The notes: generated by a model from the letters alone, not told the origin. A DNA stretch of 64,000 bases from a virus (IMGVR_UViG_2865671049_000004:14759-78758); one strand, 5' to 3'. Positions 43,097 to 53,471 are shown, counted from the stretch's first letter. Made by a program: numbers and translations.

Positions 43097-43539
43097 GCAC
43101 CCTGCTGCGGGCGAGCACCGAGCTCGTCGCGACCGCGTGGCTGCGCGGGATCGTCGGCGACATCGTGTCGACGACCCTGCCCCGCGACAACAGCAGCTGG
43201 GCGGCGTCGGGGTTCGTGGTCGTCGCCACGGTCGGCGGAACCGCCGGCTTGTACGTGCCGCTGCGGTCTCCCGTCGTCTCCGTGGACTGCTGGGCCGTCG
43301 CGTCGAGCAGCAACCGGCCGCCGTGGAACAAGGCCGCGTTCCTGGCGGAGCGGATCCAGGCCGCCTGCTACGACATCGACGCCACACCGCGCCTGCTGAC
43401 CCTGCCGGCCAACTACCCGCAGGCCCGGGTCCTGACGGCGTACACCACGTACGAACCGCGGCGTGTCCCCGACGACGAAGCCTCCTACGCCCGCCTCAAC
43501 TTCGGTCTCACCCTCAACTGGGTGGAGGTGGCGACATGA
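43093..43539 (+). CDS. Tail terminator
   Basis: SPVVSVDCWA; synteny before the major tail gene. Confidence 0.7.
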   Translation: MSTLLRASTELVATAWLRGIVGDIVSTTLPRDNSSWAASGFVVVATVGGTAGLYVPLRSPVVSVDCWAVASSSNRPPWNKAAFLAERIQAACYDIDATPRLLTLPANYPQARVLTAYTTYEPRRVPDDEASYARLNFGLTLNWVEVAT

Positions 43540-43757
43540 GCCGCTGGGCGCTGCAGGGCGAGACAAGCAGGGACCTCCTCACGTGGAACGGCCTCGTCCT
43601 CGTCCATGACAACCGCGGGGAGCTGGAGTTCCTCATCGCCGGCGCCCGCGTCATCCCCTGCCCTCGCAGCATCCCGCCCGAGCAGACCCTCGCCCTGCCC
43701 TTCCACCCGCAGTTCGCCCACCACCGCTTCCCGATCCGCCGGGAGGACTACCGATGA
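43536..43757 (+). CDS. Small hypothetical protein
   Basis: MSRWALQGE...RREDYR*; ATGA coupling. Confidence 0.65.
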   Translation: MSRWALQGETSRDLLTWNGLVLVHDNRGELEFLIAGARVIPCPRSIPPEQTLALPFHPQFAHHRFPIRREDYR

Positions 43758-43840
43758 CCGCCACCAGCTTCGAGGACCCCTCCGCCTCGACGAACGCCCC
43801 CACCACGCAGACTGCCGCACCAGCGGCTGAGGAGGACTGA
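43754..43840 (+). CDS. 28-aa peptide
   Basis: MTATSFEDP...AAEED*; GGAGG RBS, carries the RBS for the major tail gene. Confidence 0.45.
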   Translation: MTATSFEDPSASTNAPTTQTAAPAAEED

Positions 43841-43842
43841 CC

Positions 43843-44403
43843 ATGTCCGTCACGACCAGCAACCTGCTGCTCGGCCCCGCGACCCTGTACCAGGGCGCGT
43901 TCGGGGCGACCGAGCCGGCCGAGACCGCCGTCAACAGCACGCCGCAGGCGTCCGCGTTCACGGACATGGGCGGCACCATGGACGGCGTCACCCTGGCCAT
44001 CGACCAGACGTACACGGCGCTGGAGGTCGACCAGATCGTCGACCGGGCGGGCAGCCGCCTCACCAAGCGCGACATGTCCGTGGCGACCAGCCTGGCGGAG
44101 GCGACGCTGGAGAACCTCGCGGTGTCGATGAACTCCGGCACCACGGCGTCCGGCGCCGGCTACAAGTCCCTGGAGCCGAACTTCGCGAGCTCCGCGACGC
44201 AGCCGAGCTACACGGCGCTGCTGTTCGACGGCTGGGGCGCGAACAGCTTCCGGCGGCGGGTCATCGTGCGGAAGGTCCTCTCGACCGACTCGGTGGAGAT
44301 GGCCTACACGAAGGACAAGCAGACCGTGTTCAAGGTCAAGTTCTCGGCGCACTACGTCAGCGCGGCCATCGCACCGTTCCACATCACCGAAGCCACCGCG
44401 TAA
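43843..44403 (+). CDS. Major tail (tube) protein
   Basis: NLLLGPATLY; DMGGTMDGV; VDQIVD; TSLAEATLENL; MAYTKDKQTVF. Confidence 0.88.
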   Translation: MSVTTSNLLLGPATLYQGAFGATEPAETAVNSTPQASAFTDMGGTMDGVTLAIDQTYTALEVDQIVDRAGSRLTKRDMSVATSLAEATLENLAVSMNSGTTASGAGYKSLEPNFASSATQPSYTALLFDGWGANSFRRRVIVRKVLSTDSVEMAYTKDKQTVFKVKFSAHYVSAAIAPFHITEATA

Positions 44404-44479
44404 CCCCCGACCGCCCGGCGGCGGCCCGTCCACCGCCGCCGGGCACGCACCCTCCACCCACCTCCGCAGGAGACCCACC

Positions 44480-44857
44480 GTGCCGACGAAGACCGCCAAG
44501 CCGAAGAAGACCACCGCCGCGCCGCCGCCGGAGCTCGCGGCCCCGGCCGAGTTCCAGCCCGTCCGCATCGCCAAGAGCACCACCACCGGCGACCCCGGCA
44601 TCCCCATCTTCTACATCGGCGACGACGAGTACCGGATCCCCACCAAGGTCCCCCGCTCCGCCGTCCTGGAGTTCCTGCGCCTGTCCCGCACCGACGGCGA
44701 GATGAGCGCGGCACAGCGCCTCCTGGAGCGCCTCCTCGGTCCCGCCGCCTACCTCGCGCTGGAGCAGTCCGACGACGTCGACGACGAGGCCCTCGACACG
44801 ATCCTGCGGGCGGTCATCCACCACATGGCCGGGGAGACGGAGTCGGGAAAAGCCTGA
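44480..44857 (+). CDS. Tail assembly chaperone (gpG-like)
   Basis: Between the tail tube and TMP genes; ends at slippery G GGA AAA. Confidence 0.8.
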   Translation: MPTKTAKPKKTTAAPPPELAAPAEFQPVRIAKSTTTGDPGIPIFYIGDDEYRIPTKVPRSAVLEFLRLSRTDGEMSAAQRLLERLLGPAAYLALEQSDDVDDEALDTILRAVIHHMAGETESGKA

Positions 44858-45240
44858 TCTGGGACCGGTCATTCGCCGAGATCGTCAAGCTCCTCGGCGG
44901 GTGGGCGTCCCCGGCCGGGGAGAGGTACGCGCAGCTCGGCTGGATCCTCGACCACCAGGCCGACCTGCACGCCGACTTCCGCCGGTTCTACGGCATCGAC
45001 CTGGACGACGAGGACGCGATCGACGGCCGCCGGTACATCGAGTACGCGCTCAGGGTCCCGGCGTACGGCGGGGTGATGGCGGCCCGCGTCGACGCGCAGC
45101 GGGACCCGGACAGCCGGCACGCAGCACCTGCACAGCAGCAGGCGCAAGGCCAGCAGGACATGGAGTTGGCGCAGTTCCAACTCGCCCACCCAGGGCTGGT
45201 CACCATCAGCCGAGTCATAGAGCAGGAGGAGGTGGAGTAG
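44845..45240 (+). CDS. Tail assembly chaperone -1 frameshift extension (gpGT-like)
   Basis: G GGA AAA at 44845-44851; the -1 frame is open (SLIWDRSF...ADFRRFYGIDL...EEVE*) to the TAG abutting the TMP start. Confidence 0.85.
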   Translation, partial: GKSLIWDRSFAEIVKLLGGWASPAGERYAQLGWILDHQADLHADFRRFYGIDLDDEDAIDGRRYIEYALRVPAYGGVMAARVDAQRDPDSRHAAPAQQQAQGQQDMELAQFQLAHPGLVTISRVIEQEEVE

Positions 45241-48200
45241 ATGAGCTTCAGGGTCGCCGAGGGATTCGTCGAAGTGACGATGGACCGCTCGAAGTACGAC
45301 GCGGACCTCCAGCGGCTCAAGAGCCAGAAGCTCGACCTGCGGGTCCTCGCGAAGCTCGACGACACCGCGGCCCGCACCCAGCTCGCCTCCCTCACCAAGC
45401 CGATCACCCTCAAGGTGCAGGCCTCTCTCGACGACGCCGCGGTCCGCGCCCGCATCGAGCAGCTCAGCGAGACCCTCACGATCCGGCTCGACGACTCCGC
45501 CGCCCGGGCCAGCCTCGACGCCCTCACCCGCGACCGCGTCGTGCCCGTCGTCGCGGTCGTCTCCACCGCGCAGGCCAGCGCCGACCTGCAGCAGCTCACC
45601 GCGCCCCTTCAGGTCGCCGTCGTCCCCGCCCTGCACGTGCCGTCCACGCAGGAGATGTCGGACTACCTGTCGCACCTGCAGCCGCTGTTTGCCGCGGCGG
45701 CATCCTCGGCGGCGTCGGGGGCGACCATCGCCGGCGGTGACATCGGTCCGCGGCTCACCAACTTCGTGGCGTCCGCGTCGGCGCCGATCGAGATCCCCAT
45801 CACCGCGAAGATCTCGTTCCTGGCGCAGTTCCGCGTCAACCGGTGGCGCCGCCAGATCAGCGACAGCATCAGCGTCTCCGTCGTGCCGCGGCTCGATGCC
45901 ACCGCGGCAAGCGTGGTGCGCTCCGAGCTGCAGGCCTTCGAGCCGCCGATCGACGTCCCGGTCCGACCCGAATGGGACAGCGCTGCGGCGGCGATCGTCG
46001 AGGCGCACCTGCACGCCCTTCAGGATCCGCTGCAGATCCCGGTGGAGCCGGACTGGGACTCCGCTGCGATGCCGGTGCTTGCCGCGCACCTGGAGCAGCT
46101 CCGCGAGACGATCAACGTCACGGTGACGCCCGAGTTCGACGAGGCCGCCCGGCACCTCGTCGCCGCGCACCTGGATGCTTTCCGGATCCCCGTCGACGTG
46201 CCCATCAGGCCGACGTACGACGACGCAGCGGGCGCGACGGTGTGGCAGCGCCTCCACCGGCTCGCCAACCCCATGGCCGCGGTCGTCCAGACCGAGCTCG
46301 CCAGCGTGCCGTTCATGCTCGCCGGCACCTTGCTGGACCGCTTGGCTCGGCGCCGCACCGCCGAGGTCGACGTCCGCGTCGAGCAGACCCAGCTTCCGGC
46401 GCTCACCCACTCCCTCGACCAGGTCGGCGCGAAGGCCCGGGCCGGAACAGCCGGCTTGAGCGTGTTCGCCGGCGCGAGCCGCCTGCTGATGGCGAGCGCC
46501 GCGGGGGCGATCCCCACCCTGGCCTCGCTCGGCCAGGCGATCATCTCCATGGGGCCGGCCGCAGCCGTCGCGGCCCCCGCCATCGGCTCCCTCATCTCCA
46601 TCTTCGGAGCCCTCAAGATCGGCCTCAGCGGGATCAGCGGCGCCTTCAAGCAGGCCTTCGCCCCCGCCGCCGGCGGAGCAGGAGGCGCTGCCGGCGCCAC
46701 CCACGCCCTCGCCGACGCCCAGCAGCAGCTGAAGACGGCGATCCGCGACGCCGGCGACGCCAACCGGCACGCCATCCAGCAGGTCGCCGCCGCCGAACGG
46801 GACCTCACCACCGCACAGCGACAGGAACGCCAGGCACAGCTCGACCTCATCGCCGCCCGCAAGGACGCCGCGCAGCAACTGGAGGACTACAAGCAGAAGC
46901 TCGTCGACAGCGAGCTCGACCACCGTCAGGCCGTCCTCGACGTCCAGCAGGCGAAGGAGGATCTCGACAAGACCCTCGCGGACCCAAAGGCGACGGAGCT
47001 GCAGAAGCAGCAGGCGCAGCTCGCGTCCGACCAGGCCGTGCAGCACCTGAAGGAGCAGGAGACCGCGCAGGCCCGCCTCAAGGAGGAGGCCGCGGCCGCC
47101 GCGGCCGCGGGCGTGGACGGCAACCAGCGGGTCGCGCAGGCGACGCAGGATGTTGCCGACGCACAGCAGGACGTCACCGACAAGACGCTGGCCCTGTCCG
47201 AGGCACGGATCTCCGCCGACCGCACCGCGGAGGATGCGGCGCTGCGGATCGCTCAGGCGCAGCAAGGCATCGCCGACGCCATGCAGTCGGCGGGCGGCGG
47301 GGCTGCCGGGATGGCCAATGCGATGGCGAAGCTGGCGCCGTCGGCGCGGGAGTTCGTTGACGCTGTCGTCGCGCTGAAGCCGGCGTGGGACGCGCTCAAG
47401 ATGGACGTGCAGCAGCAGTTGTTCGAGGGTGTCGGCGCGAAGCTCACGTCGGTCGCCAAGCAGGTGCTCCCCGACCTGCGGGCCGGTCTGGTGGGCACGG
47501 CCGGAGTACTGAACCAGATGGGGCTGCAGGCCCTGGATGCCGTCGACAAGCTCAGCAAGACGGGCACGCTGAAGCAGGCGTTCGCCGGGATCAACGAGGG
47601 CTTGAAGCCCTTGCAGTCCGTCCCCGCCAACCTGCTGACGATGTTCGGGCAGTTGACCGCCGCAGCGGGACCGGCGTTCCTGAAGGTCACGTCGGCAATC
47701 GGCGAGACGATCGGCTCCTTCACGAAGCGGCTGGGCGATGCGTTCGCGAGCGGCCGGCTGACGGAAGCCATCGATGCGGCGATGGGGCTCGTCAAGCAGT
47801 TCGGGAAGATGCTCGGCGATGTGGCCGGAACGCTCGGCAACATCCTCAAGGCGGTGGCTGGTGCGGGCGGTGACGCGCTCGGTGTCCTTGGCGAGGTCTT
47901 CTCGGAGCTGCGGCGGATCACGGCGATGCCGGAGGTTCAGGGCGCGCTGACCAGCCTGTTCAAGACTTTGAACCTGCTGGCCGCCACGGTGGCGCCGCTG
48001 TTCGGTCAGGCTCTGATGGCGCTCGGGCCGGTGATCCAGGCGCTGGCGCCGCCAGTTCAGGCGCTGATCACGGCGCTGGGCTCCGCCCTGTCACCGATCA
48101 TCGGGGCGCTCGGGCCGATCCTGGTGACGGCGGCACAGGCCATCGGCACGGTCGTCACGGCGTTGCTGCCGCTCCTGCCGGTGATCAGTCAGCTGGTGGT

Positions 48201-49410
48201 GTCGCTACTGCCGGTGCTGAACCCGCTGCTGCAGGCGGTTGCGACGATCGCCGCGCAACTCGCGCCGGTGATTGCCCTGGTGGCGCAGACGTTCGCGTCG
48301 GTGTTCCTGCCGGTCATCAACACGTTGATCGGTACGGTGCTCCCGCCGTTGGTGCAGATCCTGACGACGATCATCAGTGCGGTGTTCCCGGTTCTGACGG
48401 CGTTGCTGACTGCGCTGCAGCCGGCGCTGACGGACATGTCGGCGGCGTTCGTTCAGTTGGCGGTGGCGCTGGCGCCGGTGCTGCTGGCGTTGGCGGAGCT
48501 GATCGGGCCGATCCTGACTGCGTTGATGCCGGTGCTGTTGCCGATCATCGACACGATCGGGAAGCTCGCGTCGATCTTCGTGGGCGAGTTGGCGAATGTG
48601 ATCACGACGATCGTGGTGCCCGCGCTGCAGATGATCACGCAGTTCCTGAACGGGGACTTCCATGGCGCCTGGGATTCGGCGAAGGAGCTGATCAGGGGCG
48701 TCGTCATGGAGGTTGTGCGGCTGATTGCCGAACTCCCGTTCAAGATCATCAATGCGCTGATCGACCTCGGCTCCAGCCTCCTCAGGGTCTTCGGCAACGC
48801 CTTCGTCCAGCTCAACATCAAGATCATCGAGCACATGGACGACATCAAGGGCTTCTTCCGCGACCTCCCCGGCAACATCCTCAACGCCCTCGGCGACCTC
48901 GGCAACCTCCTCGCCGACGCCGGCCGCCGCCTCATCTCCGGCCTCATCAAGGGCATCAAGGGCAGCATGGGATCCCTCGGATCCGTCCTCAGCGACGTCA
49001 CCAGCTACATCACCGAACACAAGGGGCCGCCCGAGGTCGACGCCATCCTCCTCACCCCCGCCGGCGAATCCATCATGGACAGCCTCATGGGCGGCCTCGA
49101 CAACCGCCTGCCCGCCCTACGCGGAAAGCTCGACGGGATCACCGCCGCCATCAGCGGCACCGTCACCGGCACCGGCACCACCCTCCCCATCGGGCAGGTC
49201 GTCACCGCGCCCACCACCCAGACAGCGTTCGCAGGCGGGGCGCCGGCAGTTGCAACCCCCGCGGGCGGAGGCATCAGGATCGACAGCATCACGATCAACG
49301 CCGGATCGCTGGACATGGCGTCCGCGGCGGAACGGCGACGGATCGCGGAGGCCCTCGTGGTGGAGATCAAGGACTCCCTGCGGAACTACGACCGAGAGAG
49401 GGCCCGCTGA
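45241..49410 (+). CDS. Tape measure protein
   Basis: 1389 aa, Ala/Leu-rich helical, periodic aromatic repeats, AGRRLISGLIKG, HKGPP motif. Confidence 0.93.
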   Translation: MSFRVAEGFVEVTMDRSKYDADLQRLKSQKLDLRVLAKLDDTAARTQLASLTKPITLKVQASLDDAAVRARIEQLSETLTIRLDDSAARASLDALTRDRVVPVVAVVSTAQASADLQQLTAPLQVAVVPALHVPSTQEMSDYLSHLQPLFAAAASSAASGATIAGGDIGPRLTNFVASASAPIEIPITAKISFLAQFRVNRWRRQISDSISVSVVPRLDATAASVVRSELQAFEPPIDVPVRPEWDSAAAAIVEAHLHALQDPLQIPVEPDWDSAAMPVLAAHLEQLRETINVTVTPEFDEAARHLVAAHLDAFRIPVDVPIRPTYDDAAGATVWQRLHRLANPMAAVVQTELASVPFMLAGTLLDRLARRRTAEVDVRVEQTQLPALTHSLDQVGAKARAGTAGLSVFAGASRLLMASAAGAIPTLASLGQAIISMGPAAAVAAPAIGSLISIFGALKIGLSGISGAFKQAFAPAAGGAGGAAGATHALADAQQQLKTAIRDAGDANRHAIQQVAAAERDLTTAQRQERQAQLDLIAARKDAAQQLEDYKQKLVDSELDHRQAVLDVQQAKEDLDKTLADPKATELQKQQAQLASDQAVQHLKEQETAQARLKEEAAAAAAAGVDGNQRVAQATQDVADAQQDVTDKTLALSEARISADRTAEDAALRIAQAQQGIADAMQSAGGGAAGMANAMAKLAPSAREFVDAVVALKPAWDALKMDVQQQLFEGVGAKLTSVAKQVLPDLRAGLVGTAGVLNQMGLQALDAVDKLSKTGTLKQAFAGINEGLKPLQSVPANLLTMFGQLTAAAGPAFLKVTSAIGETIGSFTKRLGDAFASGRLTEAIDAAMGLVKQFGKMLGDVAGTLGNILKAVAGAGGDALGVLGEVFSELRRITAMPEVQGALTSLFKTLNLLAATVAPLFGQALMALGPVIQALAPPVQALITALGSALSPIIGALGPILVTAAQAIGTVVTALLPLLPVISQLVVSLLPVLNPLLQAVATIAAQLAPVIALVAQTFASVFLPVINTLIGTVLPPLVQILTTIISAVFPVLTALLTALQPALTDMSAAFVQLAVALAPVLLALAELIGPILTALMPVLLPIIDTIGKLASIFVGELANVITTIVVPALQMITQFLNGDFHGAWDSAKELIRGVVMEVVRLIAELPFKIINALIDLGSSLLRVFGNAFVQLNIKIIEHMDDIKGFFRDLPGNILNALGDLGNLLADAGRRLISGLIKGIKGSMGSLGSVLSDVTSYITEHKGPPEVDAILLTPAGESIMDSLMGGLDNRLPALRGKLDGITAAISGTVTGTGTTLPIGQVVTAPTTQTAFAGGAPAVATPAGGGIRIDSITINAGSLDMASAAERRRIAEALVVEIKDSLRNYDRERAR

Positions 49411-50627
49411 TGGCCGGCACATGGGGCACCGTCCAGCTCGGACGCACCAGCCTCCGCGAGACGTTCACCGTCGCGGAGTCCAGCGCTGACGCCCGCGGCC
49501 TGGACCTTGACGGGCAGGAGTCCACCCCGCCGCTGACCCGCGCCGTCCTCGTAGCCCGCCACGACAACCTCCTCGCCCTGCAGCAGGGCGTCCCCACGCC
49601 GGTGACGTGGACCGACAAACCCGAGCGCAACGGCTACTACTCGGTGAAGGGCTCCTCGGCGGCACTGCGGGAGTACGTCAACGACACCGTCACCTCCACC
49701 TGGAAGGTCTCCCTGGAGCGGCTCGGCTCCTCCGCCGAAGTCGACCTGCAGTCCCGCCTTACGGGCGTCGTGCGGGCAAACGACTTCTCCCTGACCGGCG
49801 AGACCTGGCACGCCCCACCGATCGGCCACACCACCTACTACACCGGCGCGACCAGCCCCAGCCTCATGACCCGCGCCACCGCCGACGGCACCATGACCGT
49901 CTACCGGGGCATCCCCACCGGCGCCTCCCCCCGCTGGGCATGCGACCCAAGCCTGTACCTGGCCGGCCGGGTCCGCATCAACGACACCGTCGCCGCGACC
50001 GGCACCGGGTTCGAAATCGACGGCACGGAGCAGCCCCTGCCCGTCGCCGGGTGGACGATGGGCAACGGCCTCGTCAACATCGTCCCCAGCGCGTCGGCCG
50101 GCGTCCTGGACGTACAGGCCTACACCGGCTCGGCGTGGCACTCCAAGCTGTGGAACATCACCGTCGGCGGCTCAGGCGTCGCCGCGTGGGACTCCGCGAC
50201 GATCCTCCGCAACGACTTGGAGCAGTGCGTCCTGCGCCTCACCGCGCCCCGCTCCCCCGGGCGTGCCACCCTGGACCTCACTCTCCGCCGCGGCTCCCGC
50301 TTCGTCGAGGGCTACCTGCAGACCGGCGCCGCGTCGACCCTCGCCGTGTACCTCCGCACCTCCGAGACCAACACCTCGGCCGCAGCGTCCGGGTACGTCG
50401 TCGCCACGGGCAACGACGCCGACAGCAACCGCTTCGCAGCCGGCTCCGCCCGCACCTTCACCGCGCACGCCAACGGCGGCGTCAGCAAGGCCACCACTGC
50501 GACCCTGGACTTCTGGCTCGGCGTCGTCGCCGCCGGCGGCAGCGCCGTGTCCGGGGACGCCGTCACCGACCTGCGAAACCAGTACATCGGCGCCTTGGCG
50601 GAGTCCACCTACACGGCGAGGCGATGA
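49410..50627 (+). CDS. Distal tail (Dit-like) / minor tail protein
   Basis: Follows TMP, 405 aa, beta-rich. Confidence 0.7.
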   Translation: MAGTWGTVQLGRTSLRETFTVAESSADARGLDLDGQESTPPLTRAVLVARHDNLLALQQGVPTPVTWTDKPERNGYYSVKGSSAALREYVNDTVTSTWKVSLERLGSSAEVDLQSRLTGVVRANDFSLTGETWHAPPIGHTTYYTGATSPSLMTRATADGTMTVYRGIPTGASPRWACDPSLYLAGRVRINDTVAATGTGFEIDGTEQPLPVAGWTMGNGLVNIVPSASAGVLDVQAYTGSAWHSKLWNITVGGSGVAAWDSATILRNDLEQCVLRLTAPRSPGRATLDLTLRRGSRFVEGYLQTGAASTLAVYLRTSETNTSAAASGYVVATGNDADSNRFAAGSARTFTAHANGGVSKATTATLDFWLGVVAAGGSAVSGDAVTDLRNQYIGALAESTYTARR

Positions 50628-50630
50628 CCC

Positions 50631-53471
50631 ATGTCCGTCACCGAAGTCCTCACCGCGCTCGGCCGCTGGCAGATCGAACTCCAACCCACGACCCCCCGCG
50701 ACGTCCTCGATGCCATCGCCCAGTTCGGACACATCGCGATCGTGCCCGGCCGCGTCGACCCGCGCACCGGCGGCGACAACCTCCTGACCGCGGCCCGGTA
50801 CGTCGGCGTCGTCCGCACCAAAGTCCTCGCCGACGATGGCCGCACCAAGACCCCCGGCGACAAGGTCCAGGTCGGCGGCTGCGGCCTCGCCATGTGGCTC
50901 GGCGACGAGGACGACAAGGGCAGCGTCTACGAGAACGCCACGACGTTCGCCTCCGCCTCCTTCGCGAACACCATCCGCGGCCTCCTGCCGGCCTCCGGCG
51001 CCATCACCGAAGGCACCCTGTACTCCGTCGCCGGCACCTACTCGGGCACCCATCAGTGGCAGTCCCCGCGCAAGGCCATCCAGTACGTCTGCGACACCAT
51101 GTCGACCACGGCCATCCCGGTCAGCTGGCGGATCAACGGCAACGGCACGTTGGACGCCGGCCCCGAGAGCAGCCTGTTCACCACCACGCCGACGTGCTCG
51201 ATCGTCCGCCGCGGCGCTGGCCAGGACATGACTCTTACGGCACTGCCCGGCCAGCTCAACCTCGCGCAGGACGTGGAGGATTTCACGACCCGCGTGGTGC
51301 TCCTCGCCGAGGGCGAAGGCGTGTCAACGGCGACAGGCTCCGCGGACATCAACCCGGGCCTCAACCCGTACAAGGACCTGCACGGCAACACGGTCAAGCT
51401 GACCCGCATGGTCAGCGAGTCGGGGACCTCACAGGTCAACGCGGCGATCCGCGCGCAGCTAGCGCTCTCCCAGTTCGTCGGCCCCCGCAATGCCTTGACC
51501 CTGTCCACCGCCGACTACGACGTCGACGGGTCCTTCTCCCCCGGCGACTACGTGTGGGCGTACGACCCGGACAAGGGGCTCCTCGACACCGCCAACGAGA
51601 TCACCTTCCGAGGTCAGCGCCTCAACCCCCTCAAGTTGCAGGTCACCGAAGCAACGTGGCCCGTCACCGCCAGCCACACCGTCGCCTACCGGGCAGCGAA
51701 CGGCACCTGGACCGACCTCACCGACTACGTCGCGTTCGAGGCGAACGGCGCGACGACCGTCGTCGTCGGCGACTTCGAGCGGCAACTCTCCAACTCCAGC
51801 ACGGAGCCCGTCGGGTCACGTCCCAACGCCGACACCACCGTGCCCGGCGTGCCGACCTTCGTGACGCCGTTCTCCGGCGCCGCGTACCTCGACAACAGGG
51901 GCTTCACCCGCAGCAGGGTGATCGTGTCTTGGAACGCCCCCAACAACGTCGACGGCTCCACCGTCCTCGACGGCGACCACTACGAGATCCGCTACGCGGT
52001 CGACACCGACCTGATCTACCCCGCAACGTGGACGCAGCTGTCCGTCGTCCGCTGGCAGGACCTGCAGCAGTGGCGGCAGCCCTTCGCGGCGCCGACCGGC
52101 CGCTGGGAGTACATGAACGTCCCGTGGGGGACGGCGACGGCGCAGCTGCAGGACTTGGCGCCGGGCATCGGCTACGACGTGCAGATCCGCGCGGTCGACA
52201 AGGCCGGCAACGCGGGGGCCTGGTCCGGCACGACGACGTTCGTGGCGACTGCCGACAACATCGCGCCGTCGACGCCCGCGGCACCGTCGGTGGCGGCGTC
52301 CCGCATCGCGGTGCAGATCACGCACACCCTCGGCAAGGCCACCGGCGGAACGTACAACCTCGAATCGGATCTCCACCACCTGGAGATCCACGTCGAGTAC
52401 GAGCCGACGTTCACGCCGTCCCCGACGACCCTCAAGGCCAAGGTCTCCGCAACCTCCGGGATGATCCAGGCGCAGGTGCCGGTCGTCGCGACCGTCCAGG
52501 TCGAGGAGACGTCCGCTCGGTACGTGCGGGTCATCGCCGTGGACATCGCCGGCAACAAATCCGCGCCCTCCGCCGCGGTCAGCTCAACCGCCCTGCTGAT
52601 CGACGACGCCCACATCTCCGACCTGACCGTCACCAAGGTCACCGCCGGCACCATCTCGGCGGACTGGATCGTCGGCGCCCGCATCAAGACCGCCGACACC
52701 GGCGCCCGCGTCGAACTGTCCTCCCTCGGCGTACAGACGTACAACTCCGCCGGCACCCGCACCTTCTTCGCCGACGCCGCCACCGGAAACGTCTCCATCG
52801 TCGGCGAAATCTCCACAGGCCCATCCGGCCGCCGGATCGTCATCAACCCCGGCAACACCGGAGAAGCCGTCATCCGGTTCTACAACGCGGACGGCACCGA
52901 CTTCGCCTACATCAACGCCTGGGGGAACAGCGGCCAAGCCAACGTCGGTCTCCAGTCCGGAGTAGACGGCGCCGGCAAGGTCTCCGTCCTGAAGCTCGCA
53001 GAGGGAAGCATCGACTTCGGGCGATTCCCCACGGGCGTGGATACCGCAAGCGGCGGCTACATGACGGTCGTGGACGACCAGATCCTCATGTCCGTACCCG
53101 GCGGAGGCGCCGGCCGAGCAACAAGCAACCAATGGCTGTCCGGAGCATTCGGTAACACCAACGCCACCAATTCGTACTGGATTCACTACACAGACGGTTC
53201 GGCGCAAATGTTCGGACGGATAGCGTTCGGCGTCGCCGCCGCGTACCAAGCCCTCCTCGTCGACAAGTGGGATTTCTCCAGCGGGGCCGGAGCCCACGTC
53301 ATCACTTACGGACCCACCATGGATTCAACAACCATCCCGCTAGTCACCTACTACGACGGTAACGGGACACTCTGCCGATGGCAGGTGACCGCTTTCAGCA
53401 CAACGAGCTTCACAGTCTCCACGGAGTTTGCAACAGGCCCGACCAGCTTCGCCTACATCGCGTTCAGGTGA
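50631..53471 (+). CDS. Baseplate hub / minor tail protein with FN3-like domains
   Basis: 946 aa; LAPGIGYDVQIRAVDKAGNAGAWS FN3 signature; ISDLTVTKVTAGTI; lower-GC C-terminus. Confidence 0.8.
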   Translation: MSVTEVLTALGRWQIELQPTTPRDVLDAIAQFGHIAIVPGRVDPRTGGDNLLTAARYVGVVRTKVLADDGRTKTPGDKVQVGGCGLAMWLGDEDDKGSVYENATTFASASFANTIRGLLPASGAITEGTLYSVAGTYSGTHQWQSPRKAIQYVCDTMSTTAIPVSWRINGNGTLDAGPESSLFTTTPTCSIVRRGAGQDMTLTALPGQLNLAQDVEDFTTRVVLLAEGEGVSTATGSADINPGLNPYKDLHGNTVKLTRMVSESGTSQVNAAIRAQLALSQFVGPRNALTLSTADYDVDGSFSPGDYVWAYDPDKGLLDTANEITFRGQRLNPLKLQVTEATWPVTASHTVAYRAANGTWTDLTDYVAFEANGATTVVVGDFERQLSNSSTEPVGSRPNADTTVPGVPTFVTPFSGAAYLDNRGFTRSRVIVSWNAPNNVDGSTVLDGDHYEIRYAVDTDLIYPATWTQLSVVRWQDLQQWRQPFAAPTGRWEYMNVPWGTATAQLQDLAPGIGYDVQIRAVDKAGNAGAWSGTTTFVATADNIAPSTPAAPSVAASRIAVQITHTLGKATGGTYNLESDLHHLEIHVEYEPTFTPSPTTLKAKVSATSGMIQAQVPVVATVQVEETSARYVRVIAVDIAGNKSAPSAAVSSTALLIDDAHISDLTVTKVTAGTISADWIVGARIKTADTGARVELSSLGVQTYNSAGTRTFFADAATGNVSIVGEISTGPSGRRIVINPGNTGEAVIRFYNADGTDFAYINAWGNSGQANVGLQSGVDGAGKVSVLKLAEGSIDFGRFPTGVDTASGGYMTVVDDQILMSVPGGGAGRATSNQWLSGAFGNTNATNSYWIHYTDGSAQMFGRIAFGVAAAYQALLVDKWDFSSGAGAHVITYGPTMDSTTIPLVTYYDGNGTLCRWQVTAFSTTSFTVSTEFATGPTSFAYIAFR

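Noticed and set aside
48198-48210. Third copy of the late-promoter motif (GGTGTCGCTACTG in the TMP gene)
   Set aside because: It matches only the first 12-13 bp, lacks TCTATATG and the correctly spaced CGGTGC, and is explained by the codons for V-S-L-L; kept only as a weak possibility.
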